Shown: piece after piece, positions 24,750 through 38,490 of the stretch
Layout of the letters: each line of letters begins with the position of its first letter
Position numbering within the stretch: the first letter of the stretch is position 1
Source of the DNA: Squalus acanthias
Taxonomy: Eukaryota
Direction of reading: 5' to 3'
Length of the DNA: 64,000 bases
Assembly: GCA_030390025.1 (NCBI GenBank)
Contig: CM059433.1
Span: forward strand, 21,082,001-21,146,000
Made by a program: the position numbers and the translations under genes
The notes under the pieces: generated by a model
The model's database searches: none
Told to the model about the DNA's origin: nothing
The model's input: the letters and a program-made list of their open reading frames with translations, nothing else

Positions 24750-25345
24750 AATGAAATGTATAAGAGCCACTTGGGCAATTTGAGAGAGGAAGAGGTGGCT
24801 ATTTCTTACCTCTAAGCCAGTCCTCCTACCTTTACAATTTCTTCCCCCCCACCCCCGTCACCTCCTTCTGTTCATACGCAGCATTGATAGTTCAAAGGTG
24901 GGAAGGAAAGGAAATAATTTTCCTTAGAACAAGGCTCTGGGACTGCCCAAAAAGGGTCAAGTTCCTGGAGGAAAATTCAGGTCATAGCCCCTTTAATAAC
25001 AAGTAAATGTCACTTAGGATGACTCAACTCAATTCAGGCTTATTCTGTAGCAAAGAAATTGATTCTGTCGGTTCTAATGTTAATTCAAAAGTACACCTGA
25101 GATACAGAGCAGCCTGAAACTAAAACAGCTTTTTCTTCTCTTAAGAGTCTTGCACAGAGCAGGGACAAGTGTTTATACCCTTTAGGGATTTTTGTAGAAC
25201 TTCAGTTGTTATTTCAGCTCTGTATTTAAGATGTCACTTCAAACATTATCTTGAAGAAGTTACAGCATGATCTAACTCACTCAGGATCTGAAGAGTACCC
25301 TCGTACCTTTACCTCCGCAACGGGACTGAGATAACAGGCCATCTG

Positions 25346-25564
25346 TGACATGAATCTGTCATTCATGCCTTATGAAATAATACTGAGTGGCCTGCGGGTG
25401 GCGCTGTCCAGGGAGAGTATAAATACTCGGGCACGGGCCCATCTTGCGCAGGACATTCTTAACCGGAACTAGTGAAGGACACAACTAGACCTCCATGTTG
25501 TAAAACAGTTGATTAAAGCTTTGTTTAATGCTTAGACCAAGTGCCTAGTAGTTTTCTTACGTCA
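25346..25564 (+). mobile_element. Short solo LTR (219 bp)
   Basis: TGAC...GTCA termini; 5-bp TSD ATCTG (25341-25345, 25565-25569); TATAAA at 25418 and ATTAAA at 25512. Confidence 0.8.
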
Positions 25565-26460
25565 ATCTGTTCTTTCCTAATTGCAACCTTCTGTTCTTCA
25601 ACTTTTGAAGAAACAAATGACTTTTCTCATACCAGTGCTGTATTTATCCTGGAGTGTTGCTGTTGGCACCAGTCCCATCTCCAAGCACAACAATGTTGGT
25701 TAAATAAGAGCAGCGCATCTATCTCTGGAGCACCAAGACCAAGCTTAACAGTTTTTATCGGCACCTCTGAAGGCTGCAGTGCTGGCCCATCAATGTAAAG
25801 GCCTGTAGCAGTGCTGACTTGGCTGCCTGCAATGGATTGATCGTTCAGTCTGTCTAGGCAGGCTAATGATGACATTTTCTGCTTGTTGATTCATAGAGAC
25901 CTTCCCCTCCTTTTGACACAAATTTGTGTAGTAAGCTGAAATGAAAACAAAAATTGCTGGGAACATTCAGCAGGTCAGACAGTATCTGTGGAGAAAGGTT
26001 AGGTTAATGCATCAGGTCCATGACAGGTCATTAGAAGCCTTTTTATTCTTTGTGGAACCCTTTTCTTACCCTTTCTAGGGAAGGCGCTCAAAGTGGACCA
26101 GGTATATGGGCTCAAAGTCCACTTCTGGAGAGAGAAGACATTAAGGAGTATGGTGGGAAGGCCGATTGGTGGGATTAGTCAAAACGGGACTGACTCATCA
26201 GCCTATTGACCCATTTTCTGTTCTTAACAATTCTCATGTTTTGCATGTACATGTACAGGAATAGTTAGTTGTTTGATATTTGCCACTACTGGTAAATCAA
26301 ACCTGCAGTGCAAACAGGGCAGATTTCACAGTACGATGAGCCCCACCAGATTGTAAAATACTTCTACTTGACATGATATAAAAGAAAAACAAATCCTTTC
26401 CTTAGTGTTAGCTTCAGATAATTGATGTGAGCTGCATTTTCTAAAAAAAATAAAACTGAT

Positions 26461-26625
26461 AAGAACATAAGAAATAGGAGCTGGAGTAGGCCATTTGGCC
26501 CTTCGCGCCTGCTCCACCAATCAATAAGATCATGGCTGATCTTCTACCTCATCTCCACTTTCCTGCATTATCCCCATATCCCTTGAGTCCCTTAATATCT
26601 AAAAATCCAAATATCTCTGTCTTAA
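26461..26625 (-). mobile_element. CR1 LINE 3' end fragment
   Basis: aagaacataagaaataggag tail plus conserved 3' UTR. Confidence 0.85.
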
Positions 26626-26794
26626 TTGTCACCCGTAGTCAGAATTCTATTTATGCAAGTTATATTTCAGTTATATTATGAAACTGCTTTCATTCATAAC
26701 CTAACTCTGATTGCTGCTGCTGCATATGACCTTGTTATAATGCGGGGTAGATGTGGGTGGGGTGAGAGGGCAGCCATCCAACAGCCAGATCTAA

Positions 26795-28087
26795 TACAAA
26801 AAGAAAATACTGCAGATGCTGGAAATCTGAAATAAAAACAGAAAATGCTGGAGATACTCAGCAGGTCAGGCAGCATCTGTGAAGAGAGAAACAGAATTAA
26901 CGTTTCAGGTCGATGACCTTTCGTCAGAACTGGAAAAAAACAGGAAATGGAACAGATTTTTAAGCGAGTGTAGGGGCTGGGAAAGGGGGGAGGGGCTGGG
27001 AAAGGGGGGAGGGGATGAAAGAACAAAAGGGAAGGTCTGTGATAGGATAGAAGGCAGGAGAGATTAAGAGACATTAAGAGATATTCAAGGCAAAAGGAGA
27101 AAGGAGATGGTAATGGGACAGGTTAAGAAACAAAGGATGGCTCTAGATGAAGTGTAAATTGCGCTGGTAGAATGAAAGACAGCTGCCATGCGGGAGAGAA
27201 GAAAAGAAGACACAAACAAAAAGTGTGGGAAAAAAATATATATATGATAGGGGCCGAGGTTATGATCTGAAATTGTTGAACTCTATGTTGAGTCTACTAG
27301 GCTGTAAAGTGCCTAATCGAAAGATGAGGTGCTGTTCCGCGAGCTTACGTTGAGCTTCAGTTGAACAATGCAACAGGCCGAGGACGGTGAGGTCTGAGTG
27401 GGAGTGGAGTGGAGAATTAAACTGACAGGCGACCGAAAGCTCGGGGTCCCCCTTACGGACTGAATGGAGGTGTTCCGCAAAGCGGTCACCCAATCTGCGT
27501 TTGGTCTCCCCAATGTAGAGGAGACCGCATCGTGAGCAGCGAATACAGTATACTAAATTGCAAGAAGTACAAGTAAATCGCTGTTTCACCTGGAACGGGT
27601 GTTTGGGGACCTGGACAGTGGGAAGGGGGGAGGTATAAGGGCATGTGTTGCATCTCCTGCGCTTGCATGGGAAGGTGCCGGGCAAAGGGGAAGGGGTGTT
27701 GGGGGTGATAGAGGAGTGGACCAGGGTGTCACGGAGGGAGCAGTCCCTTCGGAATGCTGAAAGGGGAGGTGAGGGGATGATGTGTTTGGTGGTGGGATCA
27801 CGCTGGAGGTGGTGGAAATGGCGGAGGATGATCCGTTGAATGTGGAGGCTGGTGGGGTGAAAGGTGAGGACAAGGGGAACTCTATTGTGGTTCCGGGAGG
27901 GAGGGGCAGGGGTGAGGGCAGAAGTGCGGGAGATAGAACGGACACGGTCAAGGGCCGTGTCTACTACAGTAGAGGGGAATCCTCAGTTGAGGAAAAAGGA
28001 AGACATGTCGGAAGCACTGGTATGGAAGGTGGCATCGTCAGAGCAGATGCGGCGGAGACAGAGACGGAGAAACTGGGAGAATGACAG
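26795..28087 (-). mobile_element. Penelope-like element, 5'-truncated (RT C-terminus, GIY-YIG, 3' repeat)
   Basis: VYCIRCSRCGLLYIGET..LGDRFAEH GIY-YIG ORF 27260-27685; nearly identical to 60310-61576; 15-bp TSD aacagccagatctaa (26780-26794, 28088-28102). Confidence 0.95.
26895..26931 (-). ncRNA. Minimal type I hammerhead ribozyme motif in Penelope 3' repeat
   Basis: Minus strand AGUU-CUGACGA-A-AGGUC(AUC)GACCU-GAAAC-GUU-AAUU: conserved core, stem II, palindromic ACGU stem III, stem I. Confidence 0.75.
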
Positions 28088-30045
28088 AACAGCCAGATCT
28101 AAAATGGCGGAACAAAGCTAACTGCTCCAGTGGTAGCTGTTTATCATTTTGCAGTGAGCGCTCAGACACCAAAGGAAACACTATCCGAATGGAATGTTCC
28201 AGTTCCTCTACTGGCACTGAAATTGGGTTGTTTATCATGTTGACTTTGGTGGTCTGTTGTTTTCAGGGATAAATGGTGTAAAGTAAATGAGGTATTAAGC
28301 ACTTGGCCTTTACTGTCAATAAGTATTGTACCAGAGCAATTAATTACCAACTTGTCTACCCTTTTTGGTCTTTTGTTACCTATTTCTCTCTTAGATCAGG
28401 CTTCTTGACAATGCGACACCCTGGGCGTCTTTATTTTTCTCACTACCTGTTTTTCAGCGTGAATGGGGTGCCGTGAGATGAAAATTTTAAAACAAACTTA
28501 CTGCTCACTTGCTGCCTGAGACCTGTCGAATGTGATTTTTGAGCGGGTCTCGATTTAAGTGGCTCGCACTCCCACCCAAAACAGGCAAAGGCCTCGTTAA
28601 TATATTGAAATCAAGGTCCTGTGACATATTTAGGACCCCAGTGCAATTTTGGAACTAAACATTCAGAGGCCTAATGAGCGGTCCTTAAATGAACCACTGG
28701 AGGCTGCTCCCAAAACATTGAAGGTAAATTTTTTAATGATTTTTATGGGGCCCGTCCCTCCGCGGAACCCACCTTCTATCGCCTGCCCCCGCCCCCCAAG
28801 GTGACCTCGCCAACTCGGCTCTGTGGAAGAGCCGTCAGCTTTGTGCCAAGCCCCAATGGGGGAGCCGCCTGTCAGCGCTTGTTTGGCACTGGCAGTTAGC
28901 CGATTTTATTATAACGAGGCCTTACCATGCCAAGCGGTTGACCCTCTTGCCAGCGACATCAGGCAGGTGGTGCGACCGCTCACTGCCCTCCTGATGCCCT
29001 ACAATGGAAATCAACCTGCTTGTCTTTGTGACCGGTTTCACCTTTAACCCTCATGCTGTTGGTAAAAGCTCATGGAATTTCTAAGTGTAACATATTCTAA
29101 CGTTTAAAATATTGTAATGTTAGATTGCATTACATTTAGAGATTCCACGCGCTCTTACCGTGGACATCGCCGTCTTCAGCGGTGATCTGAATATTTCTGT
29201 GATGCCACACATTGTCTGGCAAAGCCTCCTGATGGCTGGAATGGGCAGCTACATTCCGATTAACCAAACCACATTCCAAATGGTGCAGTAAAGGGGTGCA
29301 GGAGTCCTTCTCTACTTTAACTTTTTGTTATTTAGTGAGCAGTGAATATTAACAAGCCAATGGTATATTTTTTTATCATATACTGTGGAGTTTGTGAGAA
29401 TACTTATTCAGCCCTCTCCATTTGAAAAAGAAATCTCCTAAGTCTCTTTGTGCCATGTATATTTACACTAGTTCGAGGCAGACGTTATTTCTGAGCCGCT
29501 GCATATGCTACCCTTAATTTAACCATTAGGAGGTGATTGAGGGCTTCTCTCAGTGGCTGAACTCATACAGTTATTTTTAATTCCCTATACAAAGAATATT
29601 TCCTTCGTCTCTCCACTGAGCTCATGGCTGGAATAGGGAACTCACTGTGTGGATGACAGCTGTTTATAAACTGCACATACGGCAAACTGCTAATTCTCTA
29701 TGCATGGGGTCTTCACTGAGAAAGAGTGACAGATTCAGTTGGCAGATTTCTGACTCAACGTAGAGTAGAGGGATATCATTAAGTCACCAAAATTTGACTC
29801 GTGCTTTGATAAAGTAATCACATCCCTCTCCTCCGTGTTGTGCTGAAGTCTGTGTAGACAAACTTAGACAAAAGGATGATGTTGATAGACTGGGAAGCTT
29901 TTCCTCACTTTTATGTCTGTAGATTATTCTTTTATTATTGGCATTTTGGAGATATAGATCAATCTATATCAGTACAATCTTGGGATGACAATGTTGTGCC
30001 TAGAAGATACACAATTAACAAAGAGACCTAAAGGTAAGGTCTACT

Positions 30046-30570
30046 TACCTAAGAAAGGATATACTTGCCATAGAGGGAGTGCAGCGAAGGTTCACCAGAC
30101 TGATTCCTGGGATGGCAGGACTGTCGTATGAGGAGAGATTGGGTCGACTAGGCCTGTATTCACTAGAGTTTAGAAGAATGAGAGGGGATCTCATTGAAAC
30201 GTATAAAATTCTGACAGGGCTAGACAGACTGGATGCAGGGAGGATGTTTCCCCTGGCTGGGGGCTCTAGAACGAGGGGTCACAGTCTCAGCATACGGGGT
30301 AGGACATTTAGGACTGAGATGAGGCGAAATTTCTTCACTCAGAGGGCGGTGAACCTGTGGAATTCTCTACCACAGAAGGCTGTGGAGGCCAAGTCACTGA
30401 ATATATTTAAGAAGGAGCTAGATAGATTTCTAGATGCAAGAGGCATCAAGGGGTATGGGGAGAGAGTGGGAATATGGTATTGAGTTAGAGGATCAGCCAT
30501 GATCATGTTGAATGGCAGAGCAGGCTCGAAGGGCCGAATGGCCTACTCCTGCTCCTATTTTTCTGTTTCT
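30046..30570 (+). mobile_element. CR1 LINE 3' fragment
   Basis: VQRRFTRLIPG...RRMRGDLIE...NLWNSLP ORF and 3' UTR. Confidence 0.95.
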
Positions 30571-32282
30571 AGACCTGATCATCCAACTACTTGGGGTAAG
30601 AAGGCCATGGTTTTGGAACTCAGCACATTCTGTGGGGCAAGGGCTTCCTGGGTCATTCTTTGTGTGATGTGAGAGCAGTGTTTCAGGGCCTGGCTGATGG
30701 GAATGCAACTTTGAGGCATTAGAATGGTCATCGTCTCTTCCCTTCCCTCAGGTTAGATCAGCAGGCCTTAGAAGTTAGGGGGTAATGGACTGCTAGGAGG
30801 CGCAGATAACGAGCACTTATATACCTCTAGATGTTAGCCAGGTATTCCTTTTTTTACATATTTATTGGGTGTTTTCAGTTAGTGAGCAGATGCATCACCT
30901 TACTGTGAGTAGTAAGGATTGTATTGTCATGGGGAAACTTTCACTCCCACAGTGAGCAATGCCACAGGAGATTGACTAGCATATAATTATTTATTCACAT
31001 GCTAGTAAAAGGCAAAGCATGTTTTACTTTAGGCTCTTTGGGGTAGTAATTCCTCTGCTTACATGTAGTGACACCGTAAATGAGTTGCGAAGTTGGCGTT
31101 CACTATTTCAAGCAAAATCATTCATGTGTTAGCTTAGAATGTGCTTAAAATTTTGATGGAAATACTGAACAGAGGAAAACCTCATAAAAGCATGTACAAT
31201 ATTGCTGCACATAGTGACTAGTGGAATTCCTATCACCAGTGTCACCATCAAACATTCTCAACTTAGGTATGCATCAGGTGAATTGTAAAGCTCCCGTTAC
31301 TTTATCCAAACAATGCATTCCCAACACCAATTTGAGAAAAACCCCTCTGACCAGTGTGAACATTTCCATTTCCATTTCCCACACCAACTACCCTCTTCAC
31401 AGTCCTTCTGCTTACAATAGGAAATGGGAGCTGAATTGACTTAAAAAGATTGACCAACTTGACGGCTGTTTTCAACTATAAATATTTCTCGGCGGGCTTT
31501 ACTTATTTCAAATGTTGAAGTATTGACCCGTATTGATGCTGGTGGCGCCACAGTTAAACTTGTGTTGTGAATTAATTTGGATGCCGCCAACCTGCCTGCT
31601 TCTAGTTGTTGTACTGCATTCAGGTTTTGCCTCTAAGTACTGATGAGCATGACTTCCAATTTAGTGCTGAGTTATGGGGGCGGGGTGGGAGCTGTTGTAC
31701 ACTGGACTCATGTCCACTACAACCTGGTTTCGTATCCCACTTATGGCATAGATTTGCAACCAACATAGATGCTGATGTTTGTGGCAAATGCACAGTATTA
31801 ACCCTGCAGATCAGTGGAAGTCATGATTTCCATTTGAAGAGGTGGCTTCCACCTTGGCCTTTGAAGGCAGCCTTCCCATTCCTCAAAACTAAACAATGGG
31901 CATTGACTCTTTAGCTATTTAGTAACAGAAGACATGGAGGAACATGGTGTTGCTGCATAAAAACAGTGTACTACTCATACTGCTTAATTCTGTGGTGGTT
32001 GTGTACCTCCATGCCCTCCATTGTTAAACAGCAGGATAAACTGGTGGACAATAGGGAGAGTGGTGCCTATTTTTTTATCACTCTCCCATTGTTGACTGAA
32101 TATAATTGGCCTTTGAACCACATAATCTTATTTACCAAAGACTCATCTCACCATTCTGGACTAGATTCAAAGTCAAGTCTCAGATCTAAAAGGCACAATC
32201 AGTTCAAATTTGATCCTTGACCTATTCAATTTTGCTTGCTTGCACTGGCTAACCTTTGTCGGTCTATGCAAGATGCTGGATA

Positions 32283-32766
32283 CATCCCCAGCATCGAAGC
32301 TTTGACCACGCTCGATCAGCTCCGATGGACGGGTCACATCGTCCGCATGCCCGATACGAGACTCCCAAAACAAGCGCTCTACTCGGAGCTCCGACATGGC
32401 AAGAGAGCCCCAGGTGAGCAGAGGAAATGCTTCAAGGACACCCTCAAAGCCTCCTTGAAAAAGTGCAACATCCCCAGCGACACCTGGGAATCCCTGGCCC
32501 AAGACTGCACAAAGTGGAGGAAAAGCATCCGGGAAGGCGCCGAACACCTCGAGTCTCTTCACCGGGAGCAAGTGGAAGCCAAGCGCAAGCAGCGCAAGGA
32601 GCGCACGTCAACCCGCACACCCCACCCACCCGCCCCTTCAACCACCGTCTGCCCCACCTGTGACAGAGATTGTAGGTCCCGCATTGGACTCATCAGTCAC
32701 CTGAGAACTCATTTTTAATGTGGAAGCAAGTCATCCTCGGTTCCGAGGGACTGCCTAAGAGAAGAG
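32283..32766 (+). mobile_element. RTE-clade LINE 3' fragment
   Basis: LRWTGHIVRM...CPTCDRDC...HLRTH; matches 13563-14045. Confidence 0.95.
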
Positions 32767-33193
32767 ATATTACTGTTCTACAGCACTCTTTCTTTTGGGC
32801 TGAAAAAATCTACTGCAACCCACAAAACCACACCTTCTGTTGGCTCATCATGGAATAGTGTAGACAAATGAACAGAGCTGAGTAACAGTCAGCAGCTGAG
32901 ACTGTCCCTTCCTCTTAGTTAGTGGGTGAGAAGTTAGAACAGAGACTTAAGGTACAGAAAATGGAGAGAAGGGAGTCAGATAAGCAGAGGTACGTAATGA
33001 TTCTTACGATCTCCATAGCAAATCAGTTTGAGTAATCAATATAGCAGAAATAAGTTGAGAGATTGCACGTTAGGAATCAGAGTTACATACGTTAACAATT
33101 AATTAGTGAGATTTTCAACATAGTTTTAAATGATCATTTTCCAAATCCTTATGTATGTATATAGACATAGATATAGGACATATAGGCTGTTGG

Positions 33194-33638
33194 GGTGTCA
33201 GCCGTGGCACTCTCGCCTCTGGGTCAGACAGTTGTGGGTTCAAGTCCCACTCTAGAGACTTGAGCACAAAATCTAAGCTGACACTCCAGTGCAGTACTGA
33301 GAGAGTGCTACACTGTGGGAGGTGCCGTATTTCGGATGAAACATTAAATGTATGCCGTCTCAGGTGAACGTAAAAGATCTCATGGCAATATTTTGAAGAA
33401 GAGCAGGGGAGTTCTCCCCAGTGTCCTGGCTAATATTTATCCCTCGACCAACATCACCAAAACAGATTATCTGGTCATTTATCTCACTTCTGTTTGTGGG
33501 ACCTTGCTGTGCGCAAATTGGCTGCCGTGTTTCCTACATTACAACAGTGGCTACACTTCAAAAAGTACTTTATTAGCTTTGGGATGTCCTGAGGTTGTGA
33601 AAGGTGCTATATAAATGTAAGTCTTTCTTTCTTTCTTC
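33194..33638 (+). mobile_element. SacSINE1-like Deu-SINE
   Basis: tRNA-like head (ggttcaagtccc B box), Deu-like core gtaaaagatctcatggca...gaagaagagcagggg, L2-like tail gaaaggtgctatataaatg(tctt)n. Confidence 0.85.
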
Positions 33639-35464
33639 ATAGTATTTTAAAATAAGGCTGCACTAGTCATATAATATATCAGTTACAAGTCACCTCCCCT
33701 CATGAGTCGTCCTCAGTTGACCTGTTAATCCATGTGTTTCTAAGCCTGCATTCATAGGCTGTCAGCACAGACTACTAGAAAGAAAGGGAGAGAGAGAGAC
33801 TTGCAATCAACAGAAAGATATCCCTAGTTTAAACGGTTGGAGATTTATGCGGTGAAATGAAAATGCAGTATTGCCTTGGACAATGTGTGCAAAGAAATAC
33901 AGTCGATAAGATCCCAAGCTGACATTGAATGCAGCTTCAATTTGGATGTCATGAGCACCAAATCAGGACAATTAGAAAACTAACTGGGTTTTTCTTTTGG
34001 AATAAAGAGTTCAAGGCTATCAATTGGTCATAGCCCTTATTTTGAATGAAGAAATGTTGAATTATTCCATCCTTGAAGTATTGTGGTGATTGTCACTTAG
34101 TAATCAACAATTAACAAGAAAACTCAAGCAGTAAAATCTGCGCTGGGTAGATGTAGTTTTCATTTTGTTATTCTTCACTATGATTATTAGTAAACCAATG
34201 AGCTGGATTGCAATTTTTTTCCTGTGTTTGGAGAGGAAGACGGACAAAAAATGTTTTAAAAAATTTATTGAGGAAGCTAGATAAAGGCCATGCAGGGCAC
34301 CACCAAGTCATAAAGAATAGGAGATAAGACAAGGTAAAACAAGAAATGGTGAAGAGCAGATACCAACTTTGGGCTTGAAAAACTATATGAAGAATAGACT
34401 GAGGGAAGTAAACGAGTTTTGAGATCCTGGAAAAGAATGAGGTAGAGCGGAAGTTGGTGGGATGAATATTGATTTCAACACAGTGAGGATCCAGGGAGAA
34501 GCAATGACATATTTGTAGCTTAGGTGGAACAAGACAGGTAAGTACAGAGAAGAAATAGTACTATTGATAAAACAGACAAAGAAGAAAAGTTGGAGTAGGA
34601 GAGATGGATGGCTAGAGATGAGAGAATTATCACCTATCGCACAGCAAGGTTTACCACTGCTTGTGTAAGAGAGAAAGACTCCTGTTTCATGTCACTGAAT
34701 TAAGTTAACATAAATTAAACTACACTCTCTCCTTGTTAAAAATTGCTGATTACAGCATGAAACTGGAGGTTTCATGTGTGGATTTAAAATAAGGATCAAT
34801 TTGCATTTAAAACATTAGAAGGCTGGCATTCTGCACTCGGGATGGCAAAGGATTGCAGTATTGACATGAATTGCAATCATGTTTCATAAAATTTGTAGAT
34901 TTTTCTCCTGAAGTTAGAGCTTAACCATCTCATTTTTATACTCAAATAGAACCACAATGAAACAGACTGAAGCTAACACTCAAACATTAAGGAGTTTAAA
35001 GCTATGACTTCCCAGATTAACATTCCTGTCTCTCATTTATTCTGACCTGCCCCAGTCACCATCTGTATAAAATGGTGACTGGACTTTATAATTGTGTAGT
35101 CTTCTCCTCTATCCGCCTGCCTTAGTGATCTGACAAGAGCTGCCTGTGGTTGACAGTATTCTGACAGCTTTGACATATTCATTCATTATGGGCAGTTCTC
35201 CTTTCATTTCCAGTGATGTAGCAGAGACTGAGCCCGTCACTCTGATATCACAATGTCTTTAGGGTCAGTAAGTTATGCTTGTCTGCAGCATAACATCTAC
35301 TTCAATCAGTTTTCAGTAAAACTTTTCCAGTGCCTGTTGTCAGGTGTGTTGACTATGACTCTATGCTTAGCAAGTTTGGACCTGCCCAGCCATGTCTTGG
35401 CTATTACAATGGCCCAGAAATTAAACAGTGAGGGTTCCCGCGGGGGTAAGGATTCCCCGCGATA

Positions 35465-38400
35465 TAGAAACATAGAAACATAGAAAATAGGTACAGGAGT
35501 AGACCATTCGGTCCTTTGAGCCTGCACCGCCATTCAATGCGTTCATGGCTGAACATGCTACCTCAGTACCCCATTCCTGCTTTCTCGCCATACCCCTTGA
35601 TCCCCTTAGTTGTGAGTGTTATATCTAACTCCCTTTTGAATATATTTAGCGAACTGGCCTCAACAACCTTCTGTGGAAGAGAATTCCATAGATTCACCAC
35701 TCTCTGGGTGAAGAAGTTCCTCCTCAGCTCAGTCCTAAATGGCTTCCCCTTAATCCTTAGACTGTGACCCCTGGTTCTAGTTTTCCCTACCATTGGGAAC
35801 ATTCTGCCCGCATCTAATTTGTCTAAACCAGTCAGGATTTTAAATGTCTCTATAAGATCCCCCCTCATTCTTCTGAACTCCAGAGGATACAAGTTCAGTT
35901 GACCCAATCTTTCTTGATATGTCAGTCCGGCCATCCCAGGAATCAATCTAGTAAACCTTCGCTGCACTCCCTCAATAGCAAGAATGTCCTTCCTTAAGTT
36001 AGGAGACCAAAACTGCGCACAATACTCCAGGTGTGGCCTCACCAAGGCCCTGTACAACTGTAGCATCACCTCCCTACTCCTGTACTCAAATCCCCTTGCT
36101 ATGAAGGCCATCATTCCGTTTGCTTTCTTGACTGCCTGCTGCACTTGCATTCCCACCTTCAGTGACTGATGTACCATGACGCCCAGGTCTCGTTGCACGT
36201 CCCCTTTCCCTAATCTGCCACCATTCAGGTAATAGTCCGCCTCTCTATTTTTACCACCAAAGTGGATAACCTCACATTTATCCACATTGTACTTCATCTG
36301 CCATACATTTGCCCATTCACCCAACCTGTCCAAGTCACTCTGTAGCCTCCTAGCATCCTCCTCATTGTTCACACTGCCTCCCAATTTAGTGTCATCTGCA
36401 AATTTGGAGATATTACATTTAATCCCTTCGTCCAAATCATTAATATATAATGTAAACAGCTGGGGTCCCAGCACCGAACCCTACGGTACCCCGCTGGTCA
36501 CTGCCTGCCATTCTGAAAAGTACCCATTTACTCCTACTCTTTGTTTCCTGTGTGCCAACCAGTTCTCAATCCACGTCAACACATTACCCCCAATCCCATG
36601 TGCTTTAACTTTGCTCACCAATCTCTTGTGTGGGACCTTGTCGAAGGCCTTCTGAAAGTCCAAATACACCACATCTACTGGTTCCCCCCTGTCCACCCTA
36701 TTGGAAACATCCTCAAAAAATTCCAGAAGATTTGTCAAGCATGATTTCCCTTTCACAAATCCATGCTGACTTGGACCTATCATGTCGCCACTTTCCAAAT
36801 GGTCTGTTATGACATCTTTAATAATTGCTTCCATCATTTTACCCACGACCGATGTCAGGCTGACCGGTCTATAATTCCCTGCTTTCTCCCTCCCTCCTTT
36901 TTTAAAAAGAGGGGTTACATTGGCCACCCTCCACTCCATCGGAACTGATCCAGAGTCTAAGGAATGTTGGAAAATGATCGTCAATGCATCCACTATTTCC
37001 AAGGCCACCTCCTTAAGTACTCTGGGATGCAGACCATCAGGCCCCGGGGATTTTTCAGCCTTCAGTCCCATCAATTTCCCCAATACCTTTTCCCGACTAA
37101 TAAGGATTTCCCTCAGCTCCTCCCTCTTACCAGATCCTCTGACCCCTTTTATTTCCGGCAGGTTGTGTGTGTCCTCCACAGTAAACACCGAACCAAAGTA
37201 CTTGTTCAATTGATCTGCCATTTCCTTGTTCCCCATTACGACTTCCCCTGTTTCCGACTGCAGGGGACCTACGTTTGTTTTTACTAACCTCTTTCTTTTT
37301 ACATATTTATAGAAGCTTTTGCAGTCCATTTTAATGTTCTCTGCAAGCTTCCTTTCATATTTTATTTTCCCTGCCCTAATCAAACCCTTCGTCCTCCTCT
37401 GCTGAGTTTTGAAGTTCTCCCAGTCCCCGGGTTTGCTGCTACTTCTGACCAATTTGTATGCAACTTCCTTGGTTTTAATACTATCCCTGATTTCCCTTGT
37501 TAGCCATGGTTGAGCCACCTTCCCTTTTTTATTTTTATGCCAGACCGGGATGTACAATTGTTGTAGTTCATCCATGCGATCTCTAAATGTCTGCCATTGC
37601 CCTTCCACTGATAGCCCCTTAAATATCGCTTGCCAATTTAACCTCGCCAATTCACGCCTCATACCCTCAAAGTTGCCCTTATTTAAGTTCTGGACCATGG
37701 TCTCTGACTTAACTGTTTCCTTCTCCATCCTAATGTAGAACTCCACCATACTATGGTCACTCTTCCCCAGGGGGCCTCGTACCACAAGATTGCTGATTAG
37801 TCCCTCCTCATTACACAACACCCAGTCCAGGATGGCCTCCCCTCGAGTTGGTTCCTCAACATATTGGTTTAGGAAACCATCCCTTAAACACTCCAGGAAA
37901 TCCTCCTCCACCGTATTGCTTCCAGTTTGAGTAGCCCAATCTATATGCATATTAAAGTCACCCATGATAACTGCCATGCCTTTTTTGCACGCACCTCTGA
38001 TTTCCTGTTTCATACCCTCCCCCACCTCACTACTGCTGTTTGGAGGTCTGTACACAACTCCCACTAACGTTTTCTGCCCTTTGGTGTTCTGCAGCTCAAC
38101 CCATATTGATTCCACATCCTCCAAGCTGATGTCCTTCCTAGCTACTGCATTAATCTCCTCTTTAACCAGCAATGCTACCCCACCCCCTTTTCCTTTTATT
38201 CTATCCTTTCTGAATGTTGAATACCCCTGGATGTTCAGTTCCCAGCCTTGATTGTTCTGGAGCCACGTCTCTGTAATCCCAATCACATCATATCCGTTAA
38301 CATCTATTTGCACAGTCAATTCATCCACCTTATTACGGATACTCCTTGCATTAAGACACAGAGCCTTTAGGCTTGTTTTATTAACATCCTTTGTCCTTTT

Positions 38401-38490
38401 AGACTTATGATTTAGTATGGCCCTTTGTGTTTCTTGCCTTTGTTTACTCGGCCTTCCCCTATTGTTTCTCACCCTTCTAACATTTGTTTC
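35465..38490 (-). mobile_element. Young CR1 LINE with near-complete ORF2
   Basis: (acatagaa)n tail; APE and RT motifs; inserted in the MITE with no clear TSD. Confidence 0.98.
35563..38375 (-). pseudogene. CR1 ORF2 (APE endonuclease + reverse transcriptase) with one premature stop
   Basis: LNARS, GITETW, GDFN, SDH (EN); YLDFQKAFD, KFADD (RT); ORFs 36481-38619 and 35563-36474 are in frame, separated by TAG in SGVP*GSVLGP. Confidence 0.93.
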
